A stretch of DNA of 63,961 nt, counting the filler, from Octopus bimaculoides (lineage: Eukaryota), in assembly GCF_001194135.2 (NCBI RefSeq). It is 4 parts of 4 records of this genome, joined end to end, with 100 filler letters (N's around TTAATTAATTAA, not from the genome) between each part and the next. Parts side by side here need not be neighbours in the genome. Positions count along the whole stretch, not along the records: positions 17,762 to 35,712 come from NC_068993.1; positions 35,813 to 62,717 come from NC_068984.1; 2 more parts are not named here. One strand, given 5' to 3'. The position numbers and the translations under genes were made by a program. Shown one piece after another: positions 23,342 through 35,848 of the stretch; positions within the stretch are counted from its first letter, which is position 1, and the number at the start of each line of letters is the position of its first letter. The notes under the pieces are model-generated. The model worked only from the letters and a program-made list of their open reading frames with translations. It was not told where the DNA came from and did no database searches.

Positions 23342-24781
23342 GTAAGAAGACGAAAAAGAAAGACCAAACGATTAAAAGTTCGGCTCCAGAACCACAGAAT
23401 ATATTAAAAATGGTAAAGAAGAAAAAATTCAAGGAACTGAAAATTACCTTCCAGTATAAAACTGGTGAAAGACATTAAGAACGGCCACAAATCAGACAAA
23501 ATTATTCCTGACAGCAGGTAAAAAAAAAGGAATATATACGAAATGAACTACAATGCTTACAATAATAACCTACTGTCATGGCGTATCGACATAAAAAAAA
23601 TATTAACGTATTAGTCTTTGTGAATAACTTCGTTAAATGTATATAACAGATAGAAATTTACGAGCTGAAATGTTAAGTAGCTCTCAAGGATCACGTGAAC
23701 GTAGGTGGCCTAGTGCTTAAGGTGTTACACTCATGGTCACTAGATCGTGGGTTCGAGTTCCAGATCGAGCGCTGCGTTGTATTCTTAAACAAAACACTTC
23801 ATTTTACGTTGCTCCAGTCCATTCAGCTGTAAAAGGGTAAACCCTTTCCGTTCAGGGGGGAATGTTGGCCTTGCTCCCTCCCTCAAAACCGCTAGCCTTG
23901 TGCTAAAATTTGAAGCCATTATAAACCATTATTATTGTTGTTGTTGTTATCAGTAAACATGCGTGAAATAGAGGTTATAAAGTTGTTTTTTTATGATCAT
24001 AAGCTCATGATCTCGATTCATAGACCTGGAGTGTGTCACGTCCCTAAGCAAGACACATCATTGTTTTTATATTCAGGTGAGTTGAAGGTGGAAATGCCAA
24101 GATGTCAATTTATGTATGCGACTATTCTGGTACCTAAATTAACTTCAGCACTGGGGTTGATGTAATCAACTATCCCCATCCGTCAATGTTTCAGGCCTTG
24201 TGACTATGGAAGAAAAAGATATTAACTGATGGCAATAATTTACACATAATGTGTAATTATGTTGATAGACTCTTACATTAAATATCGTATCCTTCATATA
24301 TAGTACTTAGTGTCTGATGAAATTTCGTTGAGTTGTGATGTCACAGTTTGGTTTTACAAAAGTTTCGACATCGTTATAGAAATTTTGTACAATCGTTGTA
24401 CGCATTCTACTAAATAATCTACTCTATATCAACATCTATTGCATCTATTACTGTGTGAGTGACATCCTTAATAGGGGTCGTAAGGCAGCCCTATTGGAAT
24501 AAAAGGCAAATACAGAGATGAGAGTGGAAGCAGTAGGAGCATCTTGTTAGTTAGAGAGCAAGGAAGAGTTGGAAGTTAGGAGAAAACAATGAGCAGTGAT
24601 TCAGCCACAACTGCTGACTCTCCGACAGGAAAGTAATACCATTCTAGTCGAAACACAAATTAATCGTTAGACACCGTCAGATGTGACATCAGTTCTTCCT
24701 AGTCAAAGGTACATTCGCCAGATTAAACAAAAGTATCTTCTTTTAGGTGTTATTAATCTCATATATATATGTGTGTGTGTG

Positions 24782-24819
<38 letters not shown>

Positions 24820-24952
24820 CGTTATTCAAACACTCTCACATACATATATATGTGTGTGTGAGTGCGTGTGTATGTGTGTGTGAGTGTGTATACGTGTATA
24901 TACATAAGTGAGCTGACGTCTGTACGTATATACCTAAGTGTACGCGTACATT

Positions 24953-24992
<40 letters not shown>

Positions 24993-25004
24993 AACATATG
25001 CATA

Positions 25005-25061
<57 letters not shown>

Positions 25062-26442
25062 TATATGTATCTATATATATATATATATATATACGCACAC
25101 ATATACGTACATGCGTGTATATGTATGCATGTATGTATGTATGTTCGTATGTATGTATGTATGTATATATGTATGTATGTATGTATGCATGTATGCATGT
25201 ATGCGTGTATGTATGTATGTATGTATGTATGTATGTATGTATGTATGTATGTACAAACTTAAATACAGCCGACCATACATGAGCCGCAAATAATTTTTAA
25301 TCAATAAGCAATCAGTTGAGGGGTGTCCCGCTGATTGGAAATGTCAAAGTTGTCTTCTACCAATTACTTTCCAATTCAATTGCTTAGACTATTATCCAAC
25401 AAGTTTTCTATTTTCTAGTAAACTGAGCAGTCAGGCGCAGATGTGCTTCAGTGGTAAGATGTTTGCTTCTCAACTACATGGTTCCAGGTTCAGTCCCACT
25501 TTGTAACATCTTGAGCAAATGGCTTCTATTATAGCCGCGGGCTGACCAAACCTACGTGAGTGTACTTAGTAGACGGAAGTTGAAAGAAACCCGTCGAATA
25601 TATGGACTTGTGGAGCATAGAAGCAGTCGTATTTATATCGTTGACAGAAGTGCTTTTATGCACCACGAATCCATATGAGAGGTGCTCTCAATTTAGACAA
25701 CGTAGGATCTTATGTCTGACATAACATCCACATTACGTTAGATACAAATATTACCTTTTGGAATTAAAACTGATTCTGTGGCGGCTATTATTTTATACAT
25801 ACAAATGTGTGTGTATGCATGTATGTATATATATGTATATATATATATATATNNNNNNNNNNNNNNNNNNNNNNNNNNNNNNNNNNNNNNNNNNNNNNNN
25901 NNNNNNNNNNNNNNNNNNNNNNNNNNNNNNNNNNNNNNNNNNNNNNNNNNNNNNNNNNNNNNNNNNNNNNNNNNNNNNNNNNNNNNNNNNNNNNNNNNNN
26001 NNNNNNNNNNNNNNNNNNNNNNNNNNNNNNNNNNNNNNNNNNNNNNNNNNNNNNNNNNNNNNNNNNNNNNNNNNNNNNNNNNNNNNNNNNNNNNNNNNNN
26101 NNNNNNNNNNNNNNNNNNNNNNNNNNNNNNNNNNNNNNNNNNNNNNNNNNNNNNNNNNNNNNNNNNNNNNNNNNNNNNNNNNNNNNNNNNNNNNNNNNNN
26201 NNNNNNNNNNNNNNNNNNNNNNNNNNNNNNNNNNNNNNNNNNNNNNNNNNNNNNNNNNNNNNNNNNNNNNNNNNNNNNNNNNNNNNNNNNGTATGTATGT
26301 ATGTATGTATGTATGTATATAGAGGACCAAAGACTCAGCTAATATATAAAAATATATACAATTATTATGTATATGTGTGACAGCATTTGCAAGCATTAAT
26401 GTAAACATTTGTGAACAATATGTGTGCGTGTGTGTATTTATA

Positions 26443-26482
<40 letters not shown>

Positions 26483-26487
26483 TGTGT

Positions 26488-26529
<42 letters not shown>

Positions 26530-26974
26530 CTGTGTGAACAAGTGATACGAAACAGTAAACATATGGTGATGAAAGGTGACACTACTTTTAGTAGAGTCAA
26601 ATTTTTAATGTAGAGTTAACTGATTAAATTAACCGGTACGAACGAGAATGCATACATACATACATAAACACATACACATATACACACATACACGTATGTA
26701 CGCACGTACGCGCGTGCGTGTGAGTGCGTGTGTGCAATGCTCAGCCTCCTACACGTTAATTCAACAAGAACAGTAATTCCCTTGATCAAACAACGGAATA
26801 TAAATCATCGAACCACGGAGATCTATCTGTATGGATGTGAATGTATGTGAGTGAGTGAACGTGTGGTTGGGGGTGGGCTGATGTGTGAGGGTGTACGTGT
26901 GTGTATTTCTGCGTGAGTGTTTATAAGTGTGTGCGTGTATTTATCTTTGTACGTATGCAATAATTGTATACGCT

Positions 26975-27005
<31 letters not shown>

Positions 27006-27091
27006 TATATATATACATATATGAATAAAAAATAAGCAACGTTTTGAAACAGGAAATTCATCACAATATATTTCAATAATGTGGAAATTTT

Positions 27092-27359
27092 ATAAGTACC
27101 ATTACAATCAACACATTTTTGTCAACGAGTTACGAGTTTGTTTTTTCCGGTAACATAAAAATCTGGAGTTCTGGAGTTGATGAACTCTTTGAACGCACTT
27201 TTAGCATCAGTTTGATTTTTGAACTCCTTCTCTCGCAGGAAACCATCAAGGTGCTTGAAAAACGTTTCGCTGATATCGCGAGCAGTTTCAGATGCTTAAC
27301 GTCCTTTTTTTGAAGTTGAATGGGAAAATTGGTCGAATAACGCTCTTCGACAGTTCAAT
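27092..27359 (-). mobile_element. Internally deleted mariner transposase remnant (Hsmar1/cecropia-like)
   Basis: N-terminal LSKSVIRPIFPFNFK-GR*ASETARDISETF is joined directly to C-terminal FKHLDGFLREKEFKNQTDAKSAFKEFINSRTPDFYVTGKNKLVTR*QKCVDCNGTY. Confidence 0.9.
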
Positions 27360-28699
27360 TTCAGATGAGTGTAACAAGGGTGAGGAAAATATCATGGTGA
27401 AGGAATATAAGAGATAGAGGTAAACTCTGCTATCTTTTGTCCCCATTTCTTATATTCCCTAACTATAGATGACCAAGATCGAACCAAAATCTCAAAAGGC
27501 TGCAGGCACGTTTCACAACTTTTATAGTTCTGCGGATGAATTAGCTTTGAAATATGAATTTGATGTGAAATTTATACTTAAGGAAAAAAAACAGAAAGAA
27601 AATACGTGGTGGTACCAAGAGGTAAAATGACAAATGGAAACAATGGGATATTTAGTAAAGGAAGGATAAGGACAAGTCTCTTAACCCCTGGTGGGTCGTT
27701 GGATTGCTGCGGCCATGTGACGTATCTTGGACAAAAAAATCTTGGCGGTTCCCATCCCTCAACAGGCTAAGCTCATTTCTACAGCTGAGTGGTCTGGAGT
27801 AACGTGAAATGAAGCGTTTTGTTCAGGAACACAATGCATACCCTGGTCCATAAATCGAAACCACAATCTTACGATCGTGATTCCAACACCCTAACCACTA
27901 AGCCACGCGCCTTCACAGTAAAGGAAAGAGAAAAGAGTAAAAAATGGTTTGTAGGAAGAGGAAGAGGAAGAAGGAAGAGCGTAGGCGAGGGAGTATGTGA
28001 AATAGAGACACGAGTGAATATAGTAAAAGAGAGAGCGGTGTGTGGAGAAGGATGGGAAAGCAGAACGCCATGTTCGTTTCAGCGGTTGTATAAAAATATA
28101 GGTCAAGATTGTTTATATAATTATAAGTAATGAAATTATGTCAAAATAAACATATTTAATTACTAATTAGATATCTAATATAATATGAGGGAACAACTAG
28201 ACATAAGGGCAAAGATTTTTTTTTTTTTTTTGTGGCATATTTTTTTTTATGTTGGGTATAATAATTTGACGGCTAATTGTTGTTATGTTGCTATTTATTT
28301 TGATTTAAGAAATCCTCATCATTATGGTTGTGATTTTAATTAGCATTCTAAAGACAGATAAAGGGTGCTAAAAGTGTTAAATGTATACGATTCGCTATCA
28401 TTCTATTGCGTTGTCAGATAAATTCGTTCTTTTTTCTTTTCTTTGTTTTCTTTTTGTCTTTTTTTCCATTTAATCCTTTCTAATGTTATTTGAATTAACA
28501 CAAAAAATATGTTAATCGTAGTGTTTTATGGGGTATTTTGGAAGTTCGGTGGAGGTCTTTATTCTTTCTATACAACTTTAGTTTTTCGTTTTTGAAATTT
28601 GAATGTTTTACCACTTTTCAGACATATTACAATGGGGTTCCAAGTAGAAAAAAAAACAACGAATGTTTCTTAATATATTTCAATATATTTTATATAAAG

Positions 28700-28915
28700 G
28701 CAGCGAGCTGGCAGAAACGTTAGCACGCCAGGGGGAAATATTTATCAGCATTTCGTCTGCCGTTACGATCTGAGTTCAAATTCCGCCGAGGTCGACTTTG
28801 CCTTTCATACTTTCGGGGTCAATAAATAAAGTACCAATTACGCACTGAGGTCGATGTAATCGACTGAATCCCTTTGTCAGTCCTTGTTTGTTTAGCCCCT
28901 TGTGGGCAATAAAGA
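28700..28915 (+). mobile_element. SINE family B copy
   Basis: GCGAGCTGGCAGAAACGTTAGCACGCC...GGGCAATAAAGAAAG; an inverse copy lies at 39135-39370. Confidence 0.85.
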
Positions 28916-30270
28916 AAGAAATATATTTCATTTTAAAAAGCAGTCGTCAGTCCAATAGGAAATGTTTCTGAGGTAAATTTGAAATATGGAAAAACTAAGA
29001 TCTTTTTCAATTAAGAATATGACATCAATGAAATAGCATTTTATTAGAAATCTCTAAAAGAATAAGTTTAAGGGTTTCTGGGTAACTTACCATTGTTTAT
29101 CCTTTGGCATTTAAACCTGTTATAGCCAGCTCAAATTTTCTACCTGTTTTATATTCAAACAAGCTAGATTCGCCTCCTATAGTACCCTATAAAGTCATTC
29201 TAAAATTAAACAGTCACATCAGCGAAATCTCAAAGCTACAAGATAATGAGCGATTCATTAGAAACAATGTGAATAATAAAGATTATAATTGGCAGAATAA
29301 TCTGAATAGTGACGGATTAAACCATGCTACTAGATACGAAACTACTGGCTTGATGAAAAGGAGATAATAGCTACACTCGAAAATAGTCAAATGATTTTAA
29401 AAAGCTTACATAACTAAAATTACTGTAATAATTAATATGAAATAAGTGATATAATTAAATATCTGGATATGAATTAATTTCCCTGGCACTTCAGTTCTAA
29501 CTAATAATATTGTATAATCTGAAAGATTGATTGCTGTAGATATCAGAAAATGCTGCTGGTTAGAAAATTTCTTGGAAGCCATTACGTAAACAGACGTGTT
29601 TTCCTTGAAAATGTATTATGAGTAGGTTTAAAATTTTGTATTCGGTTCTATATTTCTATATTCTAAGAAACTTCTATATTTCTATGTTGCAGCTGCCAAA
29701 AATTTCATGCAATGGGATTGAACCTGACTACTCATATTGGGCATTCAACCGCTTACTTATGAGCTGACAAATTCATTGTGCGTGTAGTTCAGTTGAGCAA
29801 ATAACTTAAAGCTGATCGTCGAAATCGGTGGAAAACCAATTTCCATATAGTTTCTTAATTTACTCACGTTTCGTTACTTTCGTGGTTTATTAAAGAAAGA
29901 AACTCTCTTTTTGCGAAACTGTCCAGTATCTTGACTTCATAATGAATTTGTATTTGGTATTGCTTCATTGAAAAGTATACACATAGAATTATCTGTACAA
30001 ACATACACGCATACATACAGACATACATACACACACATACATATATACATACACACATACATACATACATATATGCATACATACAATATATGCATACATA
30101 GATATGTCTGTGCAAACATATGCATATATATGTAAGTATACATATATACAAGCACATACATAAACTCACACACATCACGCATGCACAGAGATCTAGTTAG
30201 CTAGCTAGCCACCTACCTATATAGAAAAACAGAAAAGAGAATGGGGTGGAGGAAGACACGAAGAAAGGAA

Positions 30271-30340
<70 letters not shown>

Positions 30341-30513
30341 GACACGTCAGTCAGTGGATGAAAAATATAACAATTTCACCAATGTGAACATAAGAATATA
30401 AAACCAATGCAAAAATTATTTACAAAACATGGAAAAATACAGATAAAGGAAGCTTGTATGTATGTGATGATGCATATAATCAACTCACATTTGCTCAACT
30501 ATTTTCTCACACC

Positions 30514-30561
30514 GTCTCCGATGAGGGGGTATAATAAATATCCTGGAAACAGCTGTAAGAC
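30514..30561 (+). ncRNA. Degenerate minimal hammerhead motif
   Basis: GUCU-CCGAUGA-GGGGGUAU(AAUAA)AUAUCCUG-GAAA-CAGCUG-UA-AGAC: perfect helix I, palindrome ACAGCUGU, GUA site; U4 is changed to C. Confidence 0.55.
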
Positions 30562-30624
30562 CTATTTATAAATGTTCTAAAATCTTCAGTCTTGGTTTTT
30601 TATCTCATTCTGAAAAAAACAATT

Positions 30625-30685
<61 letters not shown>

Positions 30686-31198
30686 ATGTACGTATGAATA
30701 TATATATATACATATATGTATATATATGTATGTATATATATATATGTATATATATATACGCATATATACATATACACATATATGCATACACACCCAATTA
30801 TATACATACACATACATACATATATGTGAAGATATATATACATACACATGCGTAGAATAGTCAGACAAGATTATGAGACATTGTAGTAGATCAGTTACAA
30901 AACATGTCGTCGCCAACGAAAATTTTATCAACGCCATCATTCATCTCGTTAATTAGCATTAACCATAACTAACCGGCTGACTCAGAAATTCAGTGTGTGT
31001 TTGTAATTAAGCTAAATCGCATTTAGAAACACGAAAACATTATTTCAGCATTCGATAACAAAATTCTCTTGTAATCCAGGAAGATAGCAATAGCGTAAAT
31101 TTATTCACCGACGAGGTTTGCGTTTTTATTTTGTATTTGCTGTTTTGCTCTTTTTTACTCTTCTTTTTTTGGTTATTTTCTGTCGCCAAAGAGGAACT

Positions 31199-31231
<33 letters not shown>

Positions 31232-31817
31232 TGTCTGTCTGTGTGTACGTGCGTGTTTGTATGCTTGAGTCAGTGAGTGTAGTTTAAGCATATGTCTCTC
31301 TTTCCACACACACACATATATATANNNNNNNNNNNNNNNNNNNNNNNNNNNNNNNNNNNNNNNNNNNNNNNNNNNNNNNNNNNNNNNNNNNNNNNNNNNN
31401 NNNNNNNNNNNNNNNNNNNNNNNNNNNNNNNNNNNNNNNNNNNNNNNNNNNNNNNNNNNNNNNNNNNNNNNNNNNNNNNNNNNNNNNNNNNNNNNNNNNN
31501 NNNNNNNNNNNNNNNNNNNNNNNNNNNNNNNNNNNNNNNNNNNNNNNNNNNNNNNNNNGTATAGAGGAATATATTATTTAGTTTAAAAGAGTTCCAACAC
31601 TGTCTGTTTTTTATGTTTTATTTATATTCCTGCAGAACAAATGTGGGGTATAGAATATGGAATATACAATATATAATATAATATACAATATATGATATAA
31701 AATAAAATAAAATAAAAATGGATGGCACCATGAAAGAAAGTATTGAATGTAGATGAAATATTGAGTGTTCAATATAAAGGATCAAATATATAAATATATA
31801 AATATAAATATATAAAT

Positions 31818-31856
31818 GCGACTCGAGTTTCAGGGCTATTTCCCTTCGTCATGGCC
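31818..31856 (-). ncRNA. Degenerate minimal hammerhead motif
   Basis: Minus strand (C)AUGACGA-AGGG(AAAUAG)CCCU-GAAA-CUCGAG-UC: palindrome ACUCGAGU and GUC site; C3 and helix I are damaged. Confidence 0.45.
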
Positions 31857-31987
31857 GGTATGACAGACTTTAACAGACTATATATATATATACATACATG
31901 AAAATATATTTACATATATATATATATTTATGTATATGAGTATATATTTCAATATACAAATTTAAATACATATATATATATAAATAT

Positions 31988-32027
<40 letters not shown>

Positions 32028-32091
32028 ATATTTATATCTGTCTGCGTTTGTCATTATATCTTTCTCTTATTCACATCCGCTCTCTCTTTCT

Positions 32092-32129
<38 letters not shown>

Positions 32130-32774
32130 TTTGTCTCTCTGTATCTCATTGTGATCATACGTTTTCTTACTCTCTATCAACTCAGTACGCGCACATACCC
32201 ATACTTACATACACGCATGCGCACATACACATACACACACATACACACACATATATATTCAGTCATTTGCAACTATTGTCATAGGTGCACTAGTAACATT
32301 ACATTTACATTAAATCCCAGAAATGTCGGTTTTTCCCAAGAAGAATAAAAACAAACTGGGTCGCATTCTCCATATATAATTCAAAGGTTTCACTTTGAAA
32401 ATTCGTAGAACATTCCAGGAATTCTGCATTTGAGGTTTCTAAGCCGAAAATAGGCACACAATCACATGCATATTTAGAACACACACAGACACATACGCAC
32501 AAAATACACATGTTTATGTAGTATATTGACATAAGCATTTACGTCATGACCCGAAGTTCACACACACATACACGCGTACACATATAAGCACATGCGTATG
32601 CATTCCCATTAACGAGTTCACATATACAAAACGGCCAACCCACAGGAGCAGTCATATTTTAAGCAAAGGAGCTTTGCTACTTTCTTCGTAGTTGGTTTGA
32701 ATTCTGCAAAGGAAAGATGCTTAAATAAATCCCAATGAATTACACGCGCCCACATGCACACACAAGCACGCATA

Positions 32775-32820
<46 letters not shown>

Positions 32821-32847
32821 TGATATTAAGTATGTTATTGTTGTTGT

Positions 32848-33150
32848 TGTTTGTTCCTTCTCGAGCCATACCTGGCTCATGAGGGCCGGTTTCCCGGTTT
32901 CATTGGCGTATAGGTCTCCACGTGGGCGGAACACCAGTCCGCCGCAGATGAGCTGCTAGACGCAGGAGGAAATAGTGAGAGAAAGTTGTGGTGAAAGAGT
33001 CAGCAAAAGTTCGCCATTACCTTCTGCCAGAGCCGCGTGGAGCTTAGGTGTTTCGCTCATAAAGACACACAACGTCCGGTCTGAGATTCGAACCCGCGAT
33101 CCCTCGACCACGTGTCCGCTGCTCTAACCACTAGGATATGTACCTCCACT
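32848..33150 (-). mobile_element. SINE sharing the head and body of the 59909 family but with a different 3' tail
   Basis: The reverse complement begins GTGGAGGTACATATCCTAGTGGTTAGAGCAGCGGAC, follows the same body, then switches to ...GAAACCGGCCCTCATGAGCCAGGTATGGCTCGAGAAGGAAC(AAC)n. Confidence 0.8.
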
Positions 33151-35052
33151 GCTATTAAGTATACTGGAAGTAAATTAGCAGATCCAGTTCTCTGGAACTA
33201 TTGGATTTAATGTGTGCATAAAGGGATTGGCTAATTGATTCATTTGAATTTAATCAAGTAATACAGACACTTCTGATGAAACTCCAATGAGGATGGAAAA
33301 TCGTTTGACTGTGCTCGTAGTAATCATGATAAATATGTAAAGGCAACTTACTTAATATTTATTTTTCACTGACGTTATTACTGTTATTTCTTTATTTTCT
33401 GCTAACAAAGTGCACAGAAAAGCTACACGTTTGCATTATGTTATATATACAATAATAATAAAGGACGTTACTGTATATACGTTTACAAATCAAGGACGTT
33501 ATATAGACCTCCTTGGCTCAAGTTAGAGAAGGGGTTCGTATTATACACAAGGTTTAGGTTTTTCAGAGGTACACCCCCCCTAAAATCCCCTGCGTATAAT
33601 ACTCAAGGGCGGATTTACGGTATCTGTTTGATCAGCAGTGCCTTTGGCACAACTACAAGAACTATCAGGGAACGTTCATGCACTCGTTTGTCTTACTAGA
33701 TTTAGCAGCCAAAATTCTTTCAAGTTGCACACTCTAATGTCTTAAAAAGGTAAGGTAAAAAAAAAAAAAAATGAAATAATCTACTCGAAGATGATGAGAT
33801 GGTCAAACTGGAATTCTTTTAGCTAAAAATCTCCTTGACCATGACTTAACTTACCACAAAACAATATCAGTGACAATAAAAACAGCTATATAAGAAAATA
33901 TAAACATAGCATTATTATTTAATAACTATTATTTGTCGAATTATACTTAATTATAACGAATGAAATCGAATTATAACAACTCGATGAATTGGTGAGTAAC
34001 GTGACCAACCAAAGGCTGATCTCATTCTGAAAGTATCTCGATCAAATATGTCTGACATAAGAGCAGAAGACGTGTTAAAAACACTGGCAATTCTCTTAAT
34101 GTTCTCCAATTTATTTCACATACAGTTCATGCTGTCTACTAAATGAAACAATGCAAGAACGACTGAGGATTATTCATAAGATACTTGAAACACGACAGAG
34201 TAGCGTGTAGCTCCGCAGCGAATAAACAAATAAGGAAATAAGTAAATAAATGAATAAATAAATGATCGAGAAGAACGATGTCATTACTCATTAGCTATGG
34301 TTGGTGGGTGGCATTGTGTTCGTTTTATGGTTTAAGAGCACGTTCAGATAATAATAACCAGAAGATAACAATCCCCATTAGCACTGGATTGTTTGTAAGT
34401 TGATAGCTTCGCTTCAGAAATGTGCGCACGCAATCGAGAATACACACATACACATATAGACACGCACACATACACGCACGCGCACGCACACAAGGACACA
34501 TAATCATGCACAAACACTCGTACATACATATACACACGCGCACAAAAGACAGAACACACTGCCTCTAGAAAAATTGTAGGCGAAAAATTCAAGGTATATG
34601 TGTGTGTGCATGAGTGTGTGTACGTCTGTCCGTATAAAATAATACTCTCAAACACGCATACAGAATTACATAATCTTTTATTCTTTAATTGGTTTTCGTC
34701 ATTAGACTATGGCCATACTGTAGCATTGCCTTTCATTTCATGATGAATGTTGTCGAAGTACTTATTTGAATCTGATAAGTATTCCATCGAAATATTGTTA
34801 ACAATCACCATCACACTCGCCACTATTTCTTATAAGCTTCCTATTTTGATATGATTTCAAATTTCATATATAAAACTACATATGCAGGAAAATATTTTGC
34901 AAATACCAGGTACAAACACATAAATATATTTGCCACCAACACTGAGTGACGCACCACAAAGAACAGCCATTTATATACTTTGAATAGACTTAAATAATCT
35001 ATTTATGTAATATAATACGAGTAAGATACAGAGAGTCAGTTTCCTTGCAGTA

Positions 35053-35093
<41 letters not shown>

Positions 35094-35103
35094 NNNNNNN
35101 NNN

Positions 35104-35144
<41 letters not shown>

Positions 35145-35580
35145 TATGAGAATACAGAACAACTATACAGAAAAATGTCTGATGACTGAAGATACACGTA
35201 GGGTTTGAAATCTCTGAGGAGCTTTGCCGTAGATACAGATGAAACTTAAGTAGCATAAATGTTTCTTAAGTACAATCTAAGAGAAACCTGTGTATATGCG
35301 TGTATGTGTGTGTATGTGTGTGTGTGTGTGTGTGTGTCTGTGAGTGTGTGCATTTAGTATAATCCTGGATCGAAACTCGAGATGACTGCAACTTATTAAA
35401 ATGCACGTCACATTAAGTGGAGCCAATATTCATTCATAAAGAGAATAAGATCTTATAATGATACGATTGTTTCAATACATACTTGTATTATACAGTTCTA
35501 TATTTAAGAGATGAGGAATTATTTACATTATTTACATTATCTACATTTGACGGATATTCGTCCTCATCTTGTTTGTTGTT

Positions 35581-35626
35581 AACACAACGTTTCGGCTGAT
35601 ATACCCTCCAGCCTTCGTCAGGTGTC
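35581..35626 (-). ncRNA. Minimal type I hammerhead ribozyme motif (Penelope-associated type)
   Basis: Minus strand GACAC-CUGACGA-A-GGCUG(loop 10)CAGCC-GAAA-CG-UU-GUGUU: intact core, helix I of 5 bp, helix II of 5 bp, helix III replaced by palindromic AACGUU. Confidence 0.7.
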
Positions 35627-35812
35627 TTGGGGAAATTTCGAACCTGGGTTCTCATTCCTATCGATGTTACTATTATTATTATTATTATTATTATATTATT
35701 ATTATTATTAATNNNNNNNNNNNNNNNNNNNNNNNNNNNNNNNNNNNNNNNNNNNNTTAATTAATTAANNNNNNNNNNNNNNNNNNNNNNNNNNNNNNNN
35801 NNNNNNNNNNNN

Positions 35813-35848
<36 letters not shown>

